Source: Octopus vulgaris (Eukaryota). Taken from it: a DNA stretch of 64,000 bases. The notes under the pieces were generated by a model that worked only from the letters and a program-made list of their open reading frames with translations, searched no databases and was not told where the DNA came from. The first letter of the stretch is position 1; each line of letters opens with the position of its first letter. Of the stretch, positions 24,559 through 34,180 are shown piece after piece. The stretch covers positions 27,094,001 through 27,158,000 of the forward strand of contig OX597829.1 of the NCBI GenBank assembly GCA_951406725.2, given 5' to 3'. Both the position numbers and the translations under genes were made by a program.

Positions 24559-26379
24559 ACTGCTGGCCTTCCCACTATAATAACTAGTCTACATCTTAGA
24601 GTGTGCTTCTCCGGATTTATGTATTTATACAAACAATATATATATATTATATTATATTATATATATATAAAGAAATGAACGCCATAGTTAAAATTTAAAT
24701 AGTTTTTTTCTTCTTAAAAAGAGCGAAGAATAAATAATTAGTAAACGCTTAAAGCCTTATCAGAAATTATTCGAAATTTGAATTGTATGTGTAAGTACGT
24801 GTATTTCGATGGTGTGTGTGTGTATGTTATATATTTATTATATAAATTCGGACAGTTAAAAGGATAAAAATGCGAGGAGGGATAGCGGGATTTAAAATTT
24901 GTTTTATAAATGAAATGTTAATAATGATAAACGGACATTAATACCATTTTTCGTTTCGTTTTAATTTAATTTTTTCATGTGTGCTTGTGTATCTATGTAT
25001 CCTTTAGAAGTCTTCATGCACCATTAACATTGACACCACCAGCATTCATTCCTCTTGAATCTTTACAAGTCAACACTTGTGGGGAGAGCAATTTGATAGA
25101 GCCAATTTTTGTAGGAAGTGCTTAGCCCACGATCTGGTGGGGAGCGTTGGAGAAAGCATGAGCCCAGCCAGCTCCTAGGTTTAGAAACTACCATGGTTGT
25201 ATGCAGCAATGGCATTGTCCCTTGTTTATGTATAATGCTCTATTATGGGCCCCTCCTATACATAAGTTGATGAAAAATTACTGGAGCTGAAGTATCTTTC
25301 GCCCTTGATGATAAAATGTGGTCCCAGTTATTTTTCACAAGTTCAGATCCTTGGTATTTGAGAAACCTGGCATTTGGAGTGTTGTGTGTGTGGATATATA
25401 TAATGTGTGTATGTATGAGTATGTATATATGTGTGCATGAATAGAGATTTTAGAATTAGCTTTTTTTTTGTTTGTTATATATATATTTCAAAAGCTTAAT
25501 TTTGGTGGTGCTAGCAGTGATGAGTCACTGGGAATAGCTAACGAACATACAGGACAAGGATGGACACAAAAACGACAAAATAAAATTATGCATATACAAA
25601 GAAAAAATATCGTGTAGCTGAGGGATAGTCAATTACAGAGAAATGCAAAGGTAAATGAACATGTCCTGTTGGACTGGAAATGAGAAAGAGACAAAGTCAG
25701 ATCGGAGGATGAAGTAAACAGATCATGTAGGAATATATATATATACACACACACATACATATAGATATGTGTGTGTATATATATGTATGTATACATATAT
25801 ATATATATATATATAAATACATGTCTATGTGTTTGTGATGCATGTATGTACATGTGTATATTTTTTTTTTGTGTATGCTGGGATATCCTTGTATCTCTTT
25901 TACAGTAAGACACCTATCTTGATCCCTCTATTAATCTTTTAACCTCATCAACTGGTATAAAGCTATCTACCTTAATCATACTCCCCTCAGTCAAGAGGAC
26001 TTTGCTTTATAGTGACCTGGCTGGTATTGGTGCCATAAAAAAAAGTACCCAGTACAGTCTGTAAAATGTTTCGAATTGAGAAGGTTATCTCTTGCTATAG
26101 ATATCATGCCAAAACAGACAATAGGGCTTAGAATAGTCTTCTGGCTTGCTAACGCTTGTCAAACTGTGCAACCCATGCCAGCATGAAAAATGTACACTAA
26201 ATGATGGTGATTTTTTTATATATATATATATATCATATACACTTATATGTATAGTTAGGTTATATTCTGTTAACATAAAACTCATTCAGCTTCAGATTTC
26301 CACCAGTACTGTCCAAAAATAATGTTATACCTACTGCCAGATTTGCGTTGGGGCTTCTCTATTTGTAAATGGATAATTA

Positions 26380-26652
26380 AATAAATTGGAGTCAAAAAGA
26401 AGAGAAGAACATTTATTTGTAATCACTACAATTGTTTCCACATATCATAGTTCTCTGCATTATGAGATCTTATGCTTCATCAGGTGATATATAAATATTA
26501 ATATATCACCTGATGAAACACAAGATCTCATAATGCACGGAAATGGTTACATAACTAAATACCTGAGAAGCTGGAGAACTACATTGTATGGAAACAATTG
26601 CAGTGATTACAAATAAATGTTCCTCTGTACTTCTTGTTGACTCCAACTTATT
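26380..26652. repeat. ~270-bp foldback with a hammerhead-core remnant, probably Penelope pLTR-derived
   Basis: ttggagtcaa...gaacatttatttgtaatcact...tgcattatgagatctt...ttcatcaggtgatat is mirrored by atatcacctgatgaa...aagatctcataatgca...agtgattacaaataaatgttc...ttgactccaa. Confidence 0.85.
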
Positions 26653-26680
26653 CATATATATATATATATATATATATATA

Positions 26681-27579
26681 CTGGGGTTGGATAAAATAAT
26701 GGAACAACCTTAAAATTTAAGACAAATTTATTTTAATATGGGGGTAGGACTGCTTTTGGCAATAATTACAGCTTGAATTCTATAAGAAATGGACTCATAC
26801 AAAGTTTGAATTGTTTCCAAAGGAATTTTCGTCCGTTCTTCAGCTAAAACAGTCTCCAGTTCTTGTAGTGATGATGGAGTATATCGATTCCTTACTTCTT
26901 TTTCTAAAATGCACCATAAATGTTCAATAATATTGAGATCTGGGGACTAGTGGCCAGATAAGATGTTCAACTAGAATGTTCCTCATGCCATTCAGTAACA
27001 ACTTTAGCTGTGTGAATTGGTGCATTACCATCCTGAAAGATTTTGTTTCCCTCTGGAAACCGTTCTGCAACCATAGGATGAATTTGATCAGATAAAATGC
27101 TTAAATAGTCTTGATTATTAATTTTGCCATGAAGGGAAACCATTGGGCTGGCAGATTTCCAAGATATAGCCCACCAGATCATTACGGATCCTCCATGTTT
27201 AACAGTTGGAAGAAGGCAGTCTGGGTCAAATGCTTCTTTTGGCTGTCTCCACACGTATACTTGGCTGGTGGTCAGAAATAAGGTAAAGGATGACTCATCT
27301 GAGAAAATAACATTCTTCCACTGCTCTAGGGACCAATTCTGTAGGTTTTTACTCCACTCTAAATGCTTTGCAATGCTTGTTTTTGAAATCAGTGGTTTTC
27401 TGATTGCAGCCCTCCCTTGAAATCCGGCCTTGTACAGCTCCTGGCGAACAGTTTTTGTGGAAACTGGGTTCTTGAGTTGGTCTTTAAGCTCTGCAGTAAT
27501 TTTGGGAGCTGTACTTTTGTGATCCTTTCTAACAATTTGTGTAAGAGTCTGATGGTTCATATATGAAAGTTTTGGTTTC
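26681..27579 (-). mobile_element. 5'-truncated Tc1-family transposon (transposase pseudogene; ORF 26967-27560)
   Basis: HTH region, RKPL, W.NVIFSDESSF, TVKHGGSVMIW, FQDGNAPIH, then frameshifted WP..SPDLNIIEHLW. TIR TA|CTGGGGTTGGATAAAATAATGGAAC at 26681. Confidence 0.92.
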
Positions 27580-27900
27580 AGATCAGTTCCAGAACTTGGT
27601 GTAGCATTCCTCCAGTGTCCCTTGGAAGATTTTTTAACACCTCTTTGATCATGGCCACCAGCTTGGCCTTGGTGTTGGTGGCTTTCTCAACCATACCTCA
27701 CACATAGTAATCCATGAGATTACAATCAAGGGAATTAGGAAGCCAGAAATTGTGGCTAGCGAAGTTGTAGAAATCTGTGACAGTCACTTCTCTTTCTCTG
27801 TCATGACTTATAGCCTTAAGTGTTCTCAGAGCATTGAGCAGCAGTCATGATGTTGGCATTTTGATACCCTGCATGAATCATCATGATACAGGTCACTCTT
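27580..27900 (-). mobile_element. Fragment of a DD37D (maT)-type Tc1/mariner transposase
   Basis: Minus-strand translation FYNFASHNFWLPNSLDCNLMDYYV*G resembles WPPNSPDCNPLDYYVWG. Confidence 0.7.
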
Positions 27901-27905
27901 TTCTA

Positions 27906-27949
<44 letters not shown>

Positions 27950-28138
27950 TAATTAGGAAATAAAAATTTGATTTGATGATTTGCATGGGGACTTCTATCT
28001 CTAAATGACACACACACACATATATATATAAATTTGAAATAAGGGTGAGAAATTAGATATTAATTTAATTAACATCGATTTCACACCAGTGGTCTAGCAT
28101 AAAAAAACTGAAGGTTCAGTAAAACTGTATTATATATG

Positions 28139-28539
28139 TGGACACCCATATGCTAGAAATAGATCTGCTATGGTCTCACCACCAAGAAATGTTCAAGAAA
28201 AATTTAGCAAAACAACCAAAATGTAATCAAGCACGACAAAGGAAAAAGTAATAAAAATATGGATTATTCGTATACATGTTTCACTATCAACAAATTACGC
28301 AATCTTACTTAGGTAACTTACGTAATTGTCTGTAGATCATCGGTACAAGCGTCCAAGGTGAATATAATTTGCAGGACTGCATACTAAGACGTCTACACAG
28401 TCAGACCTGTAAAACAGTCCTACCCATTACACTCGTGGCTACTATTTCAAATGTCCTCGTTTTGGCGCGCTAAATGTTCTTGAGAACATTTCTTGGTGGT
28501 GAGCCTGTAGCGGATCTATTTCTAGCATATGGAAGTCCA
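28139..28539. repeat. (TA)n-flanked element with ~70-bp inverted arms and an internal minus-strand hammerhead motif (28266-28350)
   Basis: Arms 28139-28208 and 28469-28539 (ccatatgctagaaatagatc...ctcaccaccaagaaatgttc). Confidence 0.8.
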
Positions 28540-28766
28540 AATATATATATATATATTGTGTGTATACGTGTGTATGTATATATATGTATAAATGTGTATT
28601 TATGTATATGGTTCTAAATTATACAAAAGATAGAAACAGGTGATGCTCAGGAAGAAGTCTTTGACATGCACGTCTCACCTTTATGGTTGTTTGGAGCCAT
28701 AGAAAGATGTTCCAAATGCTCAACCGGAACATATGTATACATATGTATACATATATATATAAAATA

Positions 28767-29575
28767 TATGAAGTCTGATCAACAAGTATCCAGATTGTTG
28801 CTATAGTAATGAAGCTAAAGCATACAGTGAAATCACTTGGCACAGATTAACATTAACCTCTGATGTGCACGCATTCTAGCTGACTTCTGCTGTTTACAGC
28901 AGTGCGTGGAAGTAACGTGTGTAATGTGTGATTGTTACATTGACGATGACAAAGTTGTTATGGCAATACCTGCTCAGAGAACTATGCAAAGTTGCAGAAG
29001 GTGTACACAGAAGTGTACAAGTGGTTCAGACGTTTCCAAGATGGCCGAAAAAATGTCAATAGTGATGAACATTCTGAGAGACCTGCAACCAGCACAACTG
29101 AGAAAAGCATTGCAGATGTGCATGCAGCTGTAAGGGGAAATCATGAAATCACTATCTGTGAGTTATCAGAGGATGTGCAGATTTGGGTGTGAGATGCGTG
29201 CTTGCCAAGTTTGTGCCAAAACTGCTTTCAGCTGGCCAAAAGACAGGCTGGTTTCAGTTGCACAAGATCTCCTTGATTGCGTCAAGAATGATGAAAACTT
29301 AGTGTAGGCCTCTGAGCAGGTATTGCCAAGCTTTTGGCAAAATTTGATGATGATTCTCTGCTCATCTTTCTCTGTCATGGTCAATATGAAAATCACACAC
29401 TACACACCTTCCAAGCACTGCTGTAAACAGCGGAAGTGAGCTAGAACATTAAAACTTAGTGTGTATGCTCAGCAGAGTTCAAGCCATGTGGATGGCTCAT
29501 GTGCAGAGATCACTCTGAGTGCTTTAGCTTTGTTACTATGGCAACAGTCTAGATACTTATTGATCAGGCCACGCA
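28767..29575. mobile_element. Mariner-derived non-autonomous element built from two inverted 5' ends
   Basis: TIRs tatgaagtctgatcaacaagtatcc and agatacttattgatcaggccacgca. The + strand encodes VYKWFRRFQDGRKNVNSDEHSERP; the - strand encodes MTEKDEQRIIIKFCQKLGNTCSEAY. Confidence 0.85.
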
Positions 29576-30141
29576 TGGAAGAAAATTACTATACTTGAAA
29601 AGAGATGAGGGTTTGTGATGGGAAGAGCATATGGCACCTCAAATTCCATCCAGTGCATGCAAGCATAGAAAGGTGGCTGGTAAAATGATATTGATGGTGT
29701 ATGTGCATACATATACATAAGCCTAAATAAAGAGTAGATTTCTCTCACACCAGCTCTTGAATAACTGTTGTCTTCTGAATACATTCACCCTTTACTGATT
29801 TTGTTTTTCATTTGTTAGATTATCCAGCACAAACAACACTCTTTACCAAGCAGGCTAAGTAGGGTTCTTTTAATCACCAAGAGCCAGACTGTGGCAGGTT
29901 ATACTCAGTTACATACTACCAGTAGCACTAAAGTGACCTCTCTCTGAGAATGGAAAAGCTCTTTGATTGCATCTAATGATATAGACTAGTTCTTCTTTTC
30001 AGACAAATGCATACATTATTTATGACCTTTCCTCTCAAATTAAAAATTTTCAGGCTTAGACACCACTTGATTTTTAATATCTCTGCTGTGTGTTGGATAC
30101 TATGGCTGGCTATAGTCAAAAAAGGCAAAACACTCAGTGAA

Positions 30142-30202
30142 AAAGAAGGCATGTATCTATGCAAAGAAGGCATGTATCTATGCAAAGAAGGCATGTATCT
30201 AT
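30142..30202 (+). repeat. Perfect 21-bp tandem repeat, ~2.9 copies (aaagaaggcatgtatctatgc)
   Basis: Directly visible. Confidence 0.95.
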
Positions 30203-30359
30203 ATGGGTAGTTAGCTCTCCAAACACCTGCTGAAAGAGGTGTTCATCATTACCATATCTGTGCAAAAGGATGTAGACTCCTAGCAAAACTAAAATATTGT
30301 ATCTGATGGCGTTCCTCAAAATCTAGTTGCAAACCTTGTGTGCATGTGAGTGTGTGTGT

Positions 30360-31290
30360 GTAAGAAAAACATTCATTTAAACCCATCAGTGACATTGTAC
30401 CATGTTCAAATATGAAACATTGTTCCCTTTGTTTCATTGTGTATGTGGATGGCTGGAATGACCTGTTGCATTGAAATGGGTGGTGATGTGTTGGCCAAGC
30501 AATACATGAGTATTATTTTGAATGTACTCCTGAAAGTGATTGGCAAGATGACAGCCTGTTTATCCTATATAAACAGTACTGTAAAATTTGCAGATGATAT
30601 ACTATATAAGGTTGGAAGATGTACAACAGAAGTTCTGATTAATATGGTACTGTGATTAAGGCCTGGTGTTGGGTGTAACGTTAATGTAGGAGCAGGTGTT
30701 GATGATTGGCAATCATGCTTAAATGTGTTTGCCTGTGTGGGACAATATGGAATTTCTTATTTGAAAGTTGCAAAAGTTTCTATTTTTTCGAAGACGAGAG
30801 GTGGTCCAAGAAAGATTGGAGCGGTTATGCATTCAGAAAGTTACAGTTTAGTTTCTCTTAATGCAAGAATTGAAAAGTGGAAGTCAAAGAAGTGTGGAAT
30901 CTTATCTGTAGGTGTGCATAAAGGGGGTGGGGGAAGTAGAGCAGTGGTGTGGTTGATGGACTGGGCCCAGTGTCATGCAGGGCCCATAACTAATTACAGC
31001 TACCTACAAATCAGGAAAAAGAATGTTGGTATAGCAGTTTTGGCAAAACTGAAGGAATTGAGAGAATGGTATAGCAGATTTAGTGTGGTCAGGATACGAG
31101 GAAGAGTAGTGGATATTGGAATGGTGGACATTGTTGATAGTAATATTGAGAAAACTAATGGGAATATGGCATATAGTAGTGGTAAATTCCAAGGTAGGGC
31201 CAAAGAAGTTAGCAACAGGTTATTACTTTTCAAATCAACAGGAATCTGTTGGATGAAAATGATTGATCAACTGTCCAATCAGCTTTAAAT
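30360..31290 (-). mobile_element. Degenerate Penelope-like retroelement (RT C-terminus plus GIY-YIG endonuclease)
   Basis: Minus-strand peptides EFTTTICHIPISFLNITI..YSSSYPDHTKSAIPFSQFLQF, FCCTSSNLI*YIICK....YIG*TG.HLANHFQEY...HFNATGHS and EQCFIFEHGTMSLMGLNECFSY. Confidence 0.8.
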
Positions 31291-31769
31291 GTTTAATGAG
31301 CTACTAAATATTTATCACTGCAGCATTTATAAACATAATCTATCATATCTTCAAAAAAAGAAAAAGAATAATAACATGGCTGATGAAACTCTTGAGTAAA
31401 AATTTGTGAAGAGTTTTTTTGTTTCAGTAAATCACTATTTTATTCTACCTTTGGTATTTGAGTGCTATTTTATCCATTTTGTTTTGCACCTATATGCATG
31501 TATCTATGTGTACATAATTTAATTATAGGTGTGTGTGCGTGCACACACCACACATTCACATCATCATTAAATGTCTGCTTTTCATGCTGGCATGGTTGGA
31601 TAGTTTAACAGGATCCATCAAGCTGCTTTGGTGTGGTTTCTATGGATGAATGCCCTTCCTAACACCAACCACTTTACAGTGTGTACTGGGTACATTTTCA
31701 TGCTACCAGCACTAGTGATGTCACCTACAAGGACTAGGCTGACCAAGATATTCTCATGCAATGTGACCA

Positions 31770-32440
31770 AATGAGGTGTTAGGGAACAGTTGATAGAGCT
31801 AAATCAGGAGAATAGGGATCAACCAGTTCAAAGCCACAATCATGCACAGCAGCCATTGAAAGAAAAGATTTGTGTGTTGGAGTATTGTCGTAATAAAATA
31901 AGACGCCTTTTGTCAGTTTTCCTGGGTGTTTGGTCTTGATAGCCTTTCGTAACTGCCTCAGTAAGTTGGCATAGTACTCTCCATTGATGGTATCGCCATT
32001 TTGAAGATAGTCAATAAACATAATGGTTTTTGCATCCCACAAAATTGAGGTCATCACCTTCCCTGCAGAAATGACCATAGCCTTCTTTGAGCAGGTGAAG
32101 AGGAGTGTTTACACTGCATGGATTGTCTCTTTGTTTCTGGCTCAAGATGAAGAAGCCAATACTTATCCTGGCTTACATAGAAAGTAGCTGGATCTGCCTG
32201 AAATAATGTCAGATTTTCCCATGATGTGATCAGACTGTGTGGTGGCAGTTGAAGGACATTCAGACCTTGGGTCATTTTCAAGACTCTCCCTTCCCCTCTT
32301 AAATTCAGCTGTCCACTTTTGCATTGTTAATGAAGCTGGAGCATCATCCCCTAATGGCACAACTATGTCAGCACAAATGTCTGCAGGCACTTTGATCACA
32401 CCATGATGCTGAATTTAGTTCATTTTCAAGAGAAGTCACT
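31770..32440 (-). mobile_element. Mariner (DD34D-type) transposase pseudogene with internal deletions
   Basis: KWTAEFKRGRESLENDPRS, EPETKRQSMQ, SAGKVMTSILWDAK..MFIDYL, DNTPTH, PYSPDLA. Confidence 0.9.
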
Positions 32441-32815
32441 ACCTTTCCTCTATTCCCCTCACCTTCCTCTCACCTATATCAAATTCACATCTCTACACCT
32501 TCCTTTACTCCCTATCACCTAATTTCACACCTTCACATATCAGGCAACTACCTGTACCCTACACTGCTTACACACATCCCTATATGGACACCCTCCTACA
32601 CATGAACACACCATCCTGCCACCTTTCTTTCATTCTAACTTCTCCCCATAGAACCACATTCCCACCTGGCTCCTAAACTTTTTTTACTGATGAAGGAATA
32701 GAATCTGAAACATTAAGATGCTTTCTCTAAATTTTCAAGCATTATGCTAGTAATACCTTTAGTTAAAACTTGACCTATTCCTTGTGCCTTTTTTCTTGCT
32801 TTTGTTCATTCATCA
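32440..32815 (+). mobile_element. Probable Penelope-like 3' end/pLTR relic with a decayed minimal hammerhead
   Basis: C-rich tract followed by CTGATGA-aggaatagaatct-GAAACatt at ~32686-32713. A similar module lies on the - strand at ~7760-8270. Confidence 0.4.
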
Positions 32816-32833
32816 TGTGTGTGTGTATATATA

Positions 32834-33725
32834 CAGGGTGTGGTGAATATATTGTTGTCTAAATTATGCAAAAATGAAAATAACACCGACATCTTATTTT
32901 AACAGATTTATTTACCAAAATTACATAAAAATATCTTGAAATACTAAAGAGTAAATTTATTCTATAAAGTCGCCATTGGCTTCAACCATGGCCTCCAGAT
33001 GACTACAGAATTTCTTGCAACTCTTCTGGATGGTCTCCTTGTTTAAGTTGGTGAATGTTGCCATAATCCTTGACTTCAGTTCATCTTTGGTATTACAAGT
33101 AGTTTTGTTGGTCTCTCATTCTACTGTGCCCCACATATAATAATTAAGGGGTTGCAGTCTGTGGAGTTAGGTGGTCAGATGTTAGTGGTGATGTGGTTTC
33201 AGAAATTGTCTGACAGCCATGACTGGGTTCTCCTGTTTGTGTGGTATGGGGGTGGGAGTCCTGTTGTTAGACATAGGGTCTTGCAGCAGTTATTCCTCTT
33301 AACCCAGGGCAACATCACCTCCTCCAGGCACTTGATGTAGGCCTTTGTGTTGTGTTTAAGGCTGTGTGGGAAGATGAATAGAGGCATAAAATCACCATCA
33401 CTAGTGATCACTCCAAGCACCATGCTGTTGACTGGATGTTTAATTTTTATTGCTTTCAGTATGTTTTGGGGACACAGCAAACCACTGGTTGTTCTGTATA
33501 TTCACCATCTGTTCGTATTGGAGCTTCCGGCACAAATGCTAAGCAGTACAGCATGTCATTTACAAATTTCTGGCTGAGTGGATTGCATCATGGTGCTGTT
33601 TTTCTTTTCACAGACAGTGCCCAACTGACCTTACCATATTGTGTCATTGGCAAAATCAAAAACAATGCACATTGCGCAAAATTAAAAATATAAAATGGGA
33701 ACAATTTAACCATCTGTGTGTGTGT
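32834..33725 (-). mobile_element. Internally deleted DD37D (maT)-type Tc1/mariner element
   Basis: TA|CAGGGTG terminus. Peptides KHPVNSMVLGVITSDG and QQDS..(Y)HTNRRTQSWLSDNF.NHITTNI.PPNSTDCNPLNYYMWG give a reconstructed spacing of 37. Confidence 0.85.
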
Positions 33726-33759
33726 ATACATATGTATATATATAAATATATGTACATAA

Positions 33760-34180
33760 TCTTTTACTTGTTTCAGCCATTGGACTATGGCCATGCTGGG
33801 ATACCCCAAGTACTTATGTTTTTTTAAAGTCTGGTTGGTCACTTTTGTTGGACTGCTAAGTTATGGGATGTAAACAAACACTGGTTGTCATGTGGTAGCA
33901 AGATACAAACACACACATTTAATGGGCTCCTTTTAGTCTCATCATCATCATCATCATTTAATTCAGCTTTCGATGCTGGCATGGGATGGACAGTTTAACT
34001 GAAGACTGGCAAGCCAGGAAGCTACACTAGGCTCCAATCTGATCTGGCAAGATTTCTACAGCTGGATGCCCTTCCTAATGCCAACCTACCAAATCCATTC
34101 ACAAGGCTTTGGTTGCCCCGGGGCTCTTGTAGACACTTGCCCAAAGTGCAATGCAGTAGGACTGAACCTGAAACCATATT
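33760..34180 (-). mobile_element. CORE-type SINE with a nested RTE-tail fragment (~33938-34085)
   Basis: SINE tail and head surround a (CAT)n-initiated reverse RTE-end fragment. Confidence 0.7.

Noticed and set aside
25517-25621. GTGATGA...CTGA box C/D snoRNA-like spacing
   Set aside because: No terminal stem or recognisable rRNA guide, and it sits in an A-rich repeat-like tract.
30142-30202. 21-bp repeats suggestive of a CRISPR array or a coding repeat
   Set aside because: No spacers, eukaryotic context; a simple tandem duplication.
30725-31288. 187-aa + strand ORF
   Set aside because: Antisense shadow of the minus-strand Penelope RT relic.
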